NCBI GenBank assembly: GCA_036172245.1
Contig: JAYWIR010000025.1
Span: forward strand, 2,914,001-2,978,000
Direction of reading: 5' to 3'
Length of the DNA stretch: 64,000 nt
Origin: Raillietiella orientalis
Lineage: Eukaryota
Shown here: piece after piece, positions 31,101 through 44,409 of the stretch
How positions within the stretch are numbered: the first letter of the stretch is position 1
How the letters are laid out: every line of letters starts with the position of its first letter
The notes under the pieces: generated by a model
Database searches by the model: none
What the model was told of the DNA's origin: nothing
What the model saw: only the letters and a program-made list of their open reading frames with translations
Made by a program: the position numbers and the translations under genes

Positions 31101-31570
31101 GATGGATTTCCGTCTCTTTGCACGACCCACTTTCACGAGTTGACGGCCTTCGCACACGGCCTGAAGACAGCCAGCAACCTTTATGTGGAGGCACTCGCAG
31201 CGGACGGATCGCTGACCCTGTTGTGTCAGGTCACGCCCGGGACGTGCGACCGGAGTTTCGGCGTCAGCGTAGCAAAACTCTTGCAGCTCCCGAAAGAGGC
31301 GATCGAGTCGGCGAGGGAGACGGCACAGAAGCTGGGAAGGTGCGTGAGAGGCGGAAGCAGGCTGTTGGATTGCGTCTGGACCGAAGGCGAATCCTCAGAG
31401 AAGGAAGCCGCGTCCATCATGCAGAGGTACGTGGACGAGCTGAGGTGCACAGTCCTGGAGGAGGACATGCCCGACGCGGGATTCCGCGACCTCCAGATGC
31501 AATCGCAAGCCGAGGTCGTATCCCATGACAACCCGTTTATTATGAAACTCCTGCAGAGCAACCCTCTTAG
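31101..31570 (+). pseudogene. MSH2: C-terminal fragment of mismatch-repair protein MSH2 (MutS ATPase C-terminus)
   Basis: TTHFHELTA...NLYVEA...LTLLCQVTPGTCDRSFGVSVAKL...PKEAIESAR...EVVSHDNPFIMKLL matches the MSH2 pattern ATHFHELTAL...LYQVKKGVCDQSFGIHVA...EVIAKNNSFV. There is an in-frame stop at 31098. No Walker A/B exons were recognised upstream, and the frame runs on to 31700. Confidence 0.78.
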
Positions 31571-32275
31571 ACACGATCTGGGTTGCAATTGGATGCTGCC
31601 GTCGCGGCCTCCTCTTGCTTCTGTCGGACAATTTCCACGATATCATGCAGGAAAGCGCGTCCGCAAGCGCATCCCGCCGTTCAGCCCTCCGGCCATGTGA
31701 TGTCTTCCCTGCTCCTCATTCTGTCACCTCGCACCGTGCTGGATGCACTCGTTGACGCTGCGGTGAGGGAGGGCACTCGGCCGTTCTCACCCAGCGGGCC
31801 GGCACCGACGGGGGAGAAACCTCTTAAACGCGTGCTCCAGAGGGCGTCCATGGCTCTGAAAGAAAAGTAGGAAACCAAAAAAAAAGAAAAAAAGATGGAT
31901 TTCTCGCTCTCTGGCACGATCCACCGAAGCGTGAAACGAGGGTCCACCAAATCATTCAGCGAGCTCACACAAATCATCCTCCGATCGTTTGCGCGACCGG
32001 CGTTCCAGACGACACGCGCTGAACCTCACTGATCAGCTGGTTCGCGGGTTTCTTGAGAGAAGAGAGGCTCTAGAATGCTGAAGCTGGGAAGCGACTTCCC
32101 GATCTCTTGTGCGGGAGAACGGTCCAACTGTTGCGGAAAAAAAAAAGAAACAGCTCTTTCAGAGTCTGTTCTTAGCTTGGATTCTTCCCGACACGCCCAT
32201 CGGAAGGAACGTTCTTCGCGGAAGGAAGAGAGAATCGCATCACGTCTAAGCAAAAGCACGTGCAATTCTTTAAGA

Positions 32276-32980
32276 TGAGGGGTACCACGGGAGGAAACCA
32301 CCCTATGAATCCAGGAAGGGCTCGGAGTCCGTCCCTCTGACGCCTGGGGAGGGATCCCCGGAATGGAGATCACCTCCACCCTGCTTGTCTTGGAAGGGGA
32401 CCCTGAAGGGAATGCCTTCCTTATTCCCTCCGGAGGGAACATCCAGTTTGTGGGGCCGCTCCTCATTTCTTCTCTGAAGGGAAACAGGAAAGGATACGCC
32501 ATTGGGAATTCCTTCTCCGCAGGGAACCTGCAAGGGAACCTCCCTGTTTTCTCGTCCTCCGAAGAGAACCCCAAAGAAACGCTTCCCGATTTCTCCCTGA
32601 AGAGCGCTCCTCGGAGGAAGTGGCACACTTCTCTGCACTCTCTGGAGAGGTACCATCAGTCCACCAGCTTTCATGGTGTGTATCAGCTTCTTTGCACAAC
32701 TGGAGGCGAACCCCGAAAGAAACCGGACTCCTTGATTCTGCTTCCTGGAAGGGCCCCGGAGGGTCGACTCCCAATCCCGGCCACTCATCGGGGTCAATCC
32801 CATCCGGCGCCGCCGCACCCGAATGAGTCGAGGCCAGCCAGAGTCATCCTGCAGGAGGAACTCTAACCCACAACGCACCCCTATCCCTCGGCGGCGGCGA
32901 TTCTTTGCGAGTATTCGAACCCGCGCCTCCTGGTGATGCCACGCGCCGAGACCTCAGCAGACACATGGCCTCCTCAAGGG
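32276..32980 (-). mobile_element. tRNA-derived SINE-like repeat, copy 2
   Basis: ATTCGAACCCGC at 32913-32924 and CCCTATGAATCCAGGAAGG at 32301-32319. The body is collinear with the other copies. Confidence 0.75.
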
Positions 32981-34356
32981 CAAAACCATCCCGAATCGCC
33001 TTCCATGTCCTCCCGAAGGACAATGGCTTTCGAGTATCCAGAAAATTCTGGGCACCCTTGCTATTTCGGCGGAACAGATGGCCGCGAGAGGGAGCACGCG
33101 TTCGAGGCGGAGGGGGAGACCTCCGTGGCGCAGCCAGCCCATGTTCGGAAAGACGAAGGGAGCTTCTTCAGTGCTGATCCGCGAGCAGAGGCTGCACTTC
33201 TTCTGGCAGTTCCGGTAGCGGGTCAACTTCGGGTCCGGGTGATTGATTTTGCTCCGAGGAAGAGAAGGAACCTCCGTGGGAGACACCCATTCGCATTCTT
33301 CGGTTCTCTGGAGAGCGCGTCAACCTTCGCCGCTCTCTGGACAGGTGCTGGGCAGAAGGCACCCTTGTCCGGCACAGGAAGTTGGTCACAGGAGGTTTCC
33401 TCTCCGATCCGGAGAATCTTTTGTGAGTGCCAAGAGGTTTTTTTCTCACTGCCTCTGGCGGCCGCAGGGATCCAGCACGGCCTCCGCCGCGATCCTCTGC
33501 TCAACGCGCCTCTTCCGCACGCCTTTTTCCTCCTCGAGATGTGCAGAATCCTTCCTCGAAGGTAACTTCTTGAAGCTGCGTGAAGTGCGCTTTTTTCACA
33601 GCTCTCCCATCGCCGAGCCACATTCGGTTTAGGAGAAGCCCGTTGTCTTAGAAATTCGGGTGACTCTCCCGACCCTCCTTTTCCACGACAGGATGAGCGT
33701 GGGGAGAGCTGGCACGGGGTGCCTGCTTCCTCGCAGCGACAGGCGGTGGGAGCCAAGGGACGACAGGAGCCTGCCCCCCAGACGTGCTGCTCCTTGGTCA
33801 AGAGGAGGAACTCCATCCACGAAGTTTCCGGTTTTCATCTCCGAGCCTCATGCGTGCCGTTCCGATCTGCTAGAGCCCTCCACTTCCGTTAGCGTCCGAC
33901 GCCCACCCTGACACGCTTCAGTTCACCCCTTGGCCCGGGGAGCGTTGACTGCCGATGAGATGAACGGGTTCGGAGGGCGCGCCCCCGCCGAGCCGCCCGC
34001 CTTCGGGGCTCAGGAGGAGGCGGAAGACCACACACGGGACGCCGAGCTTCCCGCGAAGGTTCCGAAGGAATTCCGGCGTCTTCGCGGAGAGGCATCCAGC
34101 GCTCCAATAGAAAGGGAAAGTGACAAAATCGGCGGCATTCCCCCGCGCAGGCAACCCGAGGGCAGCTTTTTATCTGATCCAGAGAACGTGACGCGCTCAT
34201 GATTTCTTCATTCTGTTTCTTCGAATACGGCATCTTCGCAAGTTCTTACGGAAAGTCGGAAGGAGGAACAGGAAGGTCGGCAGCCGACTCGAAACTCCCC
34301 ATTGCAGAGGGCGCTGTCTCCGGGATCGACGGCGAAGAGTGCCAGAGAAATATACA

Positions 34357-34943
34357 GCCGTCTCCGCGCGTGGTGCCAGGCGCTGCGGGTTCGAATCCCA
34401 GTCGGGGAAGAATCGACCCTCCGAGAAATGGAGGGAGCGTCGTGCGTTTCGTTTTCCCCCCCTCCCTCCCCCCCGCAAGAAGACGCTGGTTGGACCATTC
34501 GGTGAGGCGCTGTCAGAAGCCGTAAATCTCCGGATGTCCTCGTCGACTGGCCAGGATTAAGAGTCGACCCTCCAGGATCCTTCCAGGAATCAAGAGGTGG
34601 GTCCCTTCGGGGTTCCTCTCCGGTTGTGACAGTGGAGCCGTACCGTCACGTATCATGGAGCTGGTTGACAGCCTTCTTGGGAGGTCGCCTCTCTAGAGTA
34701 TCCAGAAGCGCGCTGCTCTCTTCGGGGAACCGTTCTACAGGGAAACGTCCTTTCAGGATTCTCTTAAGAGGAGAATGATGCAAGGAGCGGCTCCCTTCGG
34801 AGAAGAAGCGAGGAGTGACTCCCTTCGTCTCCCCTCCGGAGACGAACAGAGGTCGAGGGTTCCCTTCCAAGCGTAAGAGGAAATGACTCCTTCCTCCGGA
34901 GCCTTCCTGGATTCATAGAATGATTCCTCTGGGGTACCCCCCA
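34357..34943 (+). mobile_element. tRNA-derived SINE-like repeat, copy 3
   Basis: GGTTCGAATCCC at 34388-34399, CCCTTCGGG sub-repeats, and 3' end CCTTCCTGGATTCATAG...GGGGTACCCC. Confidence 0.75.
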
Positions 34944-37900
34944 TAAATTGAAGAGTCAGACGCATGTGGCATAGGAGGTGCTCAAGCATTTTGTAAGTCC
35001 TCCCCAAGGAGGCAAATGTTCTTCAGTACTTTGCAAACTAAAAAAAAAAAAGGAAATCGGGAGGAGTTCAAAGGAAGTCCTTTGTTTCCTACCACCTTTC
35101 TTCGGCAGACTCCCAGGAGTTAGCCGCATCCGTCTTCCTTCTTGAAGCAGTGGGAACTTTCTTCTCCCGCTTTCACAACATTGTGCATGTTGGTGGTCCA
35201 CGCGCCTTCGACTCTGGGAGGAAATCTCAGTCTGTGGGCGGTATCCGAGGTCCGCCTTATGAAACGAGCTTGCTGCTTCAGTCGTTTCTTCCTCCTCAGG
35301 CTTGGGAACCTCTGGAGTTTCACCTATCGAAGAGTCCCCGGCATGAGGTGGCGAGATCGGGTCCTACGCTGCTGGTGCCGCTGCACTTCCCCAGTGCGTT
35401 CCACGCCCTTTCGGAAATCTTTAGGTCACGACTGTGGCACTACCGATCATCCACGGCATCGGAATGGCAGCGGCATCAGCAGCGTCTTTGTCCTTCCGAG
35501 GTCGAAATTCTTCTCAGCTCAGGGAAGTTTGCTTCTCCCCTGCTCGGTTTCCCTTGGACATTTCATCCCTCCTGAACCACATCTCCTTTTGTGCAGCAGC
35601 CTGCTCAGAACCCCCAGGACAATACTTCCAGATGATCTATCCTTTTCCAGCTGGTTGTTCTTGACTCAATCTGCTAGGTATGCGCCGCCCGACCGGTTCT
35701 TCGGAAGACCAGAAATCGTCTCGGTCGCGGTCGCCTCTGCAAGCTGAGTGTGCAGTGCAGATGCACCAAAACAAAAAAGCGAACACGGAAGAACCCCAAA
35801 AGGATTTCCGTCATAGTAGGACAGTAGTAACCATCTCCCGTTGAGGTTGCTAATGACCACTTTTTTTTCCAAAAAAAAAAAGGAAAGAAAGAAAGAAAGT
35901 AGGAAGGAAATTCAGCCTCGCCCTCTGTTTGGCAGGGTTCGAGCATTCTCGGTTTTATCTACGAGGTGTGGTCACTGCCAGGTCGCAGTAGAGAAGATTT
36001 TTCCGTTATCTCTGTTCAGCTACAGTCAGCATCTTTGCAAAGTTCACGAATGCCTCGTTGCCATCTCTGCGGCCCCTCCGCTCACGAAACTTGCGAACTG
36101 TGAAGGTCTCTCCTTCATCGGTTACCCTCATTTCGTCTTAGAGGAAGGGAAAAGGGTGAAGCGGATTACTCGTTGCGTACGTCTTTGCTTTCTTCTGCTT
36201 TCGATCAAAAACCGAAAGCGCGGGAGTTTACCCTCGGCAGCACGACCGAGGTTAAAAAACGTCTTCCTGTAGCCTTCTGCTGGTTTCGCTCTGCTCGTTT
36301 CATCCCATCCCGTCGATGTCGAGAGCGCGGTCTAAACAAGAGGGGGGAAGTCCACGAGCCAGCTATTTCGCTCTTGGGTTGTTGCTCTTCGCAGCCCGCG
36401 TGGGGCGCGATTGGGGCGCCAATCGCGCCAAGGCCAACGTGGCATGAAATGCCCGCTCTTCGGCAGGGACCGTAGGGGGGGGGGGACAGTTGTTTCCTCG
36501 CTGCTGCGCATCCTGCGGCAGAGATGAGCGCTTCGCCACGGCACCTTCCCGCAGAGGAAAGGCTAGCAGGAGAGGCGAGCTCCTTGCTTCTCGGAGCCGT
36601 GAAAGAGTGCGTGTGGTTCTCTGGCGCAGCGCGCAAAGTGCGCGAGCTGCCCAGCACGAACGGCGGACGGAAGATGAATGCAAAGAATGTCGATTCCGAT
36701 TCCGGCGTTACGTGGACGGACGGATGGCCTGCGCTGCCTTTCGTAGAATGCAAACATCAATTAGAACTTGATGGCAGCGTCTGGCGAAGGTGAGTTCGGC
36801 TGCAGCGGGCACCGCAAGGGGCATTGAAAACGATGAATGGTCCTCTGTTCATTGGAAGCGGTCGTTTTTTTTCGCGTCGCGATCGACCGCGATCGGCCGG
36901 AATGGCATCTCGGAGGGCATGGCTTCTTTCAGAACTCTGGAGCACCTTTCGAAATCACATCATAAAAACCTCACTTCCCTCAGCATGACCAATGAGCGAA
37001 GAAATTATCTTCGCCGCTGCAGATTCGCTGATGGAGATACAGGGGGAGGCAAAGCAGCTGCTTTTCCTGATAGGTGGAAATCGGTGAGCACCTGCTACAC
37101 GGCACGGCGTTCCCTGAATTACAGGTGCGACACCATAAGTGGCGCGGGTATTGTAGCTTTCAGGGATAAACAAGCACAAAAGATTTATTTCCCTTTGTTG
37201 ATTCATCCATCCATCTTTGGAGGAGATCCACCTCGTAACTTACAGAGACAGAAGGTCTGCGCGGGGGAAGCATTGAGGAGATGAAAGGGTAAGAGGTCGT
37301 AAGGGTGAGGAGAGAACAGCTCGTTGGGTTCACCTCGCTCGAAAGCAAATGTTTGGTATTTTTGAGGGTGGATGCGACTTTAGTATCAGGTTGGCTGTGT
37401 CCATCAGTGGCTAAAAATAGCCACAGGGACGTACATTTTAACTTGGGTCACGTTCGAACGGTTCATTTCACGTCGTATTGTTCTTTGCGCCCTTGCTCTT
37501 CCTCGCAGGAGTCGCCCTTCCCCGGCGACACCTCGATTCTTCCTTGCCCTTCAGCCCAGCTCCCAGAAGTCACGTTAGTTGTGCCTCAAACTGATGTTGA
37601 GATCGTCTCCAGGTTGCGAAATGCTTGGAAAGGCAAAGCGACCGAACACCAGGCTACACTTCTGGCTCAGGGCGCTTATTTGTTTCCGGTGAGACGTTCG
37701 TTCGGCCCCACTCAAACGCCAATTAATTGAGTCGGTGGGCGGAAGGAGTGAGCATTCGAAGTGGAGACGAAGGGGAGACGCGAATCTTTCCCTGCCCTGT
37801 GGGAGGCGAACTTGAAATGGTGCGGCTTACCAACGATCCATCGCGCCTTCTTTCTATGAGATCTGCTTTCGATTTTCGGCGTGACCTGCCATGATGAGAT

Positions 37901-38679
37901 CTCAGAAGAGAAAAAAGAGATCATAAGAAAATCATCCCGAACCCATATTAGATTTATGGATTAACTCTTTCTTTTTCATGAATATTCAGCAGTTGTTCAA
38001 AGACACACCACCATCTTCCCCTTGATAGCGGATCAGCCACACTCCACAATCTCTTATGCCTTTTCAAGCACTTGGTGGTCATCAGCCACTTGACAAGAAA
38101 AAGGCAGCAAGAATTGTGGATGTTTCTGCATTTTTTTTTTTTTTTGTGATGATGAAACCATTTTGAGGCCACCATCCTCGGTTACTCTCATCGTCTGTTG
38201 AAGAAAGGCAACGCCGAAGCAGCGAAGATGGAAATCCAGGGCCAAGTTCCCATCTGTTCAGTCACAAAACTGGGGGTTTCGCTTTCATCGGTCGAATACG
38301 CAGGTTGCCATGGTCGTTGCGCAAAGTACGCACCCATCTGTCGAGGTCACGCGGGTCGACCACGCGTCGCTGAACGCTTTAGCTGACGTCGATGGAAGGA
38401 GCACCCTTTAGGAAGAAAATCCTATCTCGTTCACTAATTAAGGTGAGCGCAGCTGGAAAAGACGCTGGAATCGTAAAGAATGGTCCACAAACAATCTGTC
38501 CACTAATCTCTTGTGGAAGGATCCGCGAACAAAGAATGGTGAGACTGTTAGAATCAACGGATAAAGTTACGTGCGAAAGTGGACATGATCCAAGATGAAT
38601 CTAGAAAGATTAGAAGCGCAAACCTCGCCTTGACCGCTGATTCAAGGCCTCGAAGAAAATAGATTTGATGCATCCTTCT

Positions 38680-39630
38680 CTATGAGTTCCTTGACCAACA
38701 GTCATTCGCAATAGATAGAAAGAACGCGATCTTCACTGGGTTGATCCACTAGTTGCTCCAGATCAATTCCTGCTAAATTTGGATGGGATGCACCAGAGCA
38801 GTGGCAGCAAAACTCAGTTTTGGTTCCTTTGATCCCACTTTGAGGAGGGCAAAGGTCACTTGGTCGAGAGAAAGATTTCGGCTGGTGCCCCACTTTCCCC
38901 AAGGATTTCCTTCTTCATCTTGAGCATCCATGGAGGAGCTGGAGGTACCACGGATCCAAGCAAAGGATCTCAGAAAAGAGATGTTGGGTTCCAATATGCA
39001 GTACTCTTGCACCTTCTCGGCATAAGCTCGAGGCATTGGTTGAGCCACAAACCTTGATAAGCGGTCACCCCAGAAATCATGACCTCATCTGGAGGATCAG
39101 ATAGGTTCACGCTATGCTTCCAGAAAATTCAGGATCACCATGTCTTTATCTGCTGACAGCGCGCTCATTCTAAAGCTCGTGAAAGCCACAAGGTTTACAT
39201 TTGTGGGGATTTGGCGAAAGTCCCAAGCCGTGGTTTCCCTCTCACGGCTTTCCAGCATGGGAGGAAAGGCAGAGTTTCTAAAAAGAGGTCACTGGGGATT
39301 CAGGTGCTTGCATCGTAGACCTGCATCTGAACATTCCCGAAAGGATACCTGAGCACTTTTTGGATTGCTTCTGCATCTGAAATCCAAGATGGAATCCGGA
39401 ATCGATCGAAGACTTGCCATCAAATGTTCGAAGAGGTGACCCACTCGCATTCTTTTCTCCCCGAGGTGACGAAGACCATGTTGGTTGAGATTCTTGGGTG
39501 CATTAATCAAGCAGCAAGTCAGTAGAATGACACAGCTGCCACTCGAGTTTGAGCTTGTTGTTCTTGGAGACATGAAAGGAGAAATGGTCTCGCTGCTCTT
39601 AGGCTTTCATCGTCGTCTTCCAAGACACCC
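38680..39630 (-). mobile_element. Heavily decayed L1/Tx1-like RT remnant
   Basis: Motif remnants across frames occur in L1 ORF2 order: RPFLLS, NQHG/FVTSGR, FWGDRLSRF (compare AWSDRLQKAL in the 50720 LINE), VVPPAPPWMLKMKKEIL, WGK...DLCPPQSG. Confidence 0.45.
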
Positions 39631-40044
39631 CCAAATTCTTCCTTGATTTTGCAGACGTCTTGGGAGCAGCGAGATCGAAATCTCGAAGTCAGGAATAAGC
39701 GTTCTAGCATTCTAGGGATTGTTGGCGCGCCTTTACTTGATGCACACACATCTTTCCTTGATTGCAATTTGATTCGGATGGCGCGCGGCGTTTACTTCTC
39801 TGAGGAGAGGATCTTTCGAAAGGATCGCTTCTTAAGGTCCATGAATGTGTGTGTATATATTTTGTTTCCATAGCTTTTCGAAGGTATCCATCATTTTAAT
39901 AAGTCCACATGATCAATTACATTGGACTAAATTCAGATGCCTCTTAAGCTTGGAGTGGACCTGGATTTCGGTTTTGTGTCTCCGTGGATTGTTTGTCGAG
40001 GAAGAGTTCATTTGACATGATCGCATGTAGTCAATGCAATTTGC

Positions 40045-40410
40045 TCGCCTTGGGAACCGTGCGGCTGCCGTCTCTGCGCGCGTAGCACCAAGCATTGCGG
40101 GTTCGAATCCCACCCGGAGGAAACAGTCGAAGCCGAGAAATGGATGCGCCATGGGTTTCGAGTCCTTCATCCCGCAGGACGACACTGGTTGGCCCACGGG
40201 CTTCGGGTGTGGCACCGGTGGAAACCGTCTGCCTCGATGACTGCTCACCATTGAAGCCTAATCCTCCAGAATCCTTCCAGGAATCGAGGAGCAGGTTCCC
40301 TTTGACTTTCCCCTCCGGCTGTCAAGCTGGAGCCGTCCCCACCTCCTCGGTGGAGGAACCTCTATCGCGTACCATGAACTTGGTTGATACGTCTCTCCAG
40401 AATCCAAGAA
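40045..40410 (+). mobile_element. tRNA-derived SINE-like repeat, copy 4 (3' part missing)
   Basis: GGTTCGAATCCC at 40100-40111, followed by GAGAAATGGA, CTGGTTGG and TCCTTCCAGGAATC as in copy 3. Confidence 0.7.
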
Positions 40411-43400
40411 TAAATGTGTGTGTGTTTTGGACATGGAGCATGGTCGGTCCTTTTTAGCTACGCTGAGAGAGGAGCCTTCAGATCTAATCTTCTGTGCTTG
40501 ACAACATACGACGTACGGGTCGCAGCAAACTTACCTTTCGGGGCGGCATGGTATCCGCGAACTGTTGGAAGGAATGAACGAACCTTGTCCTTATAGCCTC
40601 TTTGTGTCTACGACTGGATGTCAAATCTGGGTCCAAGGGAGTTTGCTGTGTTTACTCGACTACCCTACTGGAAGGATCGTAGATGCTCCACACGGAGAAC
40701 AGCTGAAGTCCGAGTCCGTTTTTTGTGTCATGTGGCGTTAACGGTAGCTGTAGAGACATCCCTGGAAAAGGGTGGCTCTCTGCTTGCCCAGCACAGGACT
40801 GATGGCTCCAGTCTGCGGAGGCACTTCCCAAGTGCTGCTGCTCGTGCGGAGCGTTCCCCCAACGTTGGAAACTTCGCGATCCTCTTCAGACGTCGCCGCT
40901 TCTGCGAGGGAGAGAGGGAAGCGCTTCCGCGGCGGCGCTACGGTGAGGATGTGCGTGCTCTGTGCGCCGTCCGCTTGCGGGTGCAAAGTCTCCCATAGCG
41001 GGTAGGGAGGCAAGCGCCTTAGTGTCGCGCCCGGAACAGATTCTCCAGTCACGGAACCCCCCGGCAGGAATTTCTTCTCGCCGACTCTTGCAAAGTGCCC
41101 GCGTCCCAACGGACAGCACCGGAAGAGATGCGGAGGGCGCGGAGAGGAGGAAAAAATGCCCTTTGGAGAGATCGAAACTCGAAGGTCAGCACGTTTGGCT
41201 TCCGGGGAAAAGGCAAGTTCCCTGGAGGAGCGATCCTTGCAAAAGATCCTCTCCGACCCTCCCCCACCCTACCCCTTCCTCAGATCAGAGGGAAGTACGA
41301 GGGAGCTTCCCCTAGCGGGAGCTCCGGGAATCCGAGGAAACGGACAGCGGGAAAGGAAAATCCGGGTGCGAGTGAACGAGAAGTCTGATAGCAAGGTAAG
41401 TCACTGTTTCCTCCTGGAGGACCACTTCCTGGATCCTTGGGTGACTGGAGCAAGAAGCCCTTCGCCTTGATGATAAATTTGCTCCCAGAAACTTCTTTGC
41501 TCTTCTGAACGATGTGATGGAAATCGCAAATAGGGAACGAGCACTCTGTCTGCTTCTTTCCTCCAGGACTCGCTCCTGTGCCTTCTCCCCCGAAGGAAGT
41601 CGAAGCAGTATTCACATGAAGACTCAACACCTGAAGACTCAGTGCGGCCTCCAGAGACACCGTGCTTCCGTGCTGTCACCTCCCCATCGTGTCCCTCATC
41701 CAATTGGCTCAACCATTTCTGGGGACAGCATGACAACTACTGCCAAGTAGGTTCCGAGGGGCAGCAGAACGCCGAGAGGCAGTCTCGGCCCTTGGCACCT
41801 TAGAGGCGGTTCTCGCCTGGTGATGCGCGCGAGAACGAGTCTGCCATGACTGCTTCGGGCTCCATAAAGCCCCGTAAGGACACGTTCGCGCGCTCCGAGA
41901 CGCCCTTTGCATTCACTCCCTTCCTGGAAGGGTCGGAAAAGGTACCTGAGCCGCGCTCTAGCTCCGTGAGCTCGGTTGGCCGTGTCCCTCGTGCCCTCCT
42001 CCACGAGGGATCTTGGATTCCCTTCTCGTGGGTCAGAGGTGCAGGCGAAGTCTCCTGGAGAGGTTAGGGGCGAGGTGTAAGGTGTGTCGCGCGAATTTGT
42101 GCCTTCCAGGGCCTCCTCTGAAAACGCGACAACGTCAGGAACTGTGTGGTTTCTGCTTCTTGTTCAACAGTGAAGAAAAGTTGGCCCTGGAGGAAGTATG
42201 AGAGCCATAAATCATAGAGGACGCAGTCAATTCAGATGTCTGTTGAATTTCAAGGCGCTGCTTGATAACAGCGTTCGTTTTGGGTTGTAATAAACGTTAG
42301 AAGGAACAGCTAATAGTGGCTCCTACTAGGCGAAGAACGAAGAATGAATTGATTAACATTAATGGGACCCTTCATACGCCGCTCATGTGTCAACCACTGG
42401 CATCTGCGACCACATTTCTTTAAATCTCCTCAGTTTTCAAAAATGCCATTCTCCATCCACTCGGTTGTTACGACTTCGGTTGCCGCTTCCAATAGACCCT
42501 CTTGTCTTTTTGCCTTCGAGAATGTTCGATACCAGCCCGGTGGCTGATCGTACTGCTTCTTGCCCGTGGTGGCTTCCTGTTGAATCCCTCACTCGGGAGA
42601 CTCGGGCGCACCGCCAGCAGCTCGGGGCTCACGGAACCGTGGCTGCCGGTGCGTGATGCTGGAGTCAGGGTGGCCTGGATAAGGAGAGAGTGGGTTCCGT
42701 TCGGCAGGCTGCTAAGAGCTCCAACTCATGGGTGGAGTCGCACACGTCCAGCGAGCCTGACGAACGGAGAAAGATGGGGAGGAGCCGGCGTGCCGTTCGA
42801 GAAGTCTCGCTCTCCGAAGGGCAGATGTCTGCAAATCACCAACAACCCCAAGCAAAATCTTTTCCTTCCGCTTGTGTCCTGGCTGTCCGGGCGCAGCCCC
42901 CTTTCCGAAATCAATGGTAAGTTGGACGGATTCTCGCGGAAAATCTTGGGAAGGAGCATGGAGCATGTGGCTGAGGTGATGGCAGTCCACGGAAGTGTTC
43001 CAGAATCAATCCTGGGAAAGCGGTCTTACGAATCGCTGCCTCTTTATCTAGTTCTTCTCGTGTTTCTAATCAACGCTGCGCGTTTACTGAGGTAGTGTAC
43101 GGGAGCAGAACCGTAGTTCAAAATCCAAATGATGAGGAAATAATATCCATAATGTTCCTAGAGTATTAATAATAGAGGGCTTGAAGGGTTTGATGATGGA
43201 GATGATCAGCATGTTGCTCTCAAATAGGATATCCAATGTTGTTTGGGTTTGGGCCTGCCAGTTTGGGTTCCACAAGGATGCTGCTCACTGCGTTGTCCTC
43301 CCACTGCGCGGTCGGATCCTGTCTCTTCTTGGCAAAGAGAGCGCGGGCCCGTCTCGGGATCACGGGACGGATTAACGTGCAAGGTGAGGTATCATGAGGA

Positions 43401-44409
43401 GGCGGGCCGGGAATCTCCTCCCCTCTTTCCGGCGACCACATCTCCCCGTCCGCTCGGGGTTCGGGTCCTATCCGACGAAGGGGAACTAATCTTCACCTTC
43501 ACTTCCTTCGGCCGCATCCACTTGTACGAGTCGAGGGGACGACACCGTAGCGACCGTGCCGCCAGCCGCCGCCTGCGTGATGCTGCTGGCGTCGCTGTCC
43601 CGGTCGGGGGTGCTGAACTGCATCCTCGCGTGGCACGCGAGGGAGTCGGGGGCGTTCCCGGAGCACCTTCCGATGGCCAGACGGTAATCGTCCGCGGCGG
43701 GCACCGTCTGGAACAGAATCGAGACGCTGTTCAGCAAATTTCTGTGTCCATCACAAGATGTTTCTTCGGAGAAGGAAGTGCTGACGAGACGGCAGCACTC
43801 AAGCAAACCACTTCCCGCCCACCCCTCGCCAACCCAAGGACAAACAAAGCGGCAGCAAGTTCGAAATTCTCTGGCTGTCACGAGGAGCTGTCCAAAGCTG
43901 TGAGAGACAAAGCAGCGTCTGCAAACACTCGAAGAATATGGACTGCCGGAACCAGGAGGAAGGGTCCAAGTGTCAAAGGAGGAGGGAATCCGTAAAGTCC
44001 GCAGGGAGGAAATCCCGAACGCGTTGCACCTCTCTCACCAAATTCGGTTCCTCCCTCGAAGCCCTGTGTGGTCGCAATTTTTGCGTGGCCACAAGCTCTC
44101 CCTCACGAGAGAGGTGACAAATTCACTCGTCGTCGTAATCGGCCGACTCCGAATGACGCATCCCGCGGCAGTCGGATCAATCACTTGGAGGATGATGAGC
44201 AGTGAAAGCGATGCTGAAGGACTCGCAGACGTGAAAATTGCATGTTCCCCTAAATGGTGTCCCTGGGAGGCAGAAGACTTCCATCACTGCGCTTCGGTAG
44301 CTCATGGGTTTCCGCAGCAACATCTTTGCAAACATTTTTTCTGGAAGCATTCCCCTGCACGAGAGAGGGTCAGAGAATGTTCCACAACTAGTAGCCGTTG
44401 GCCTCTCGC

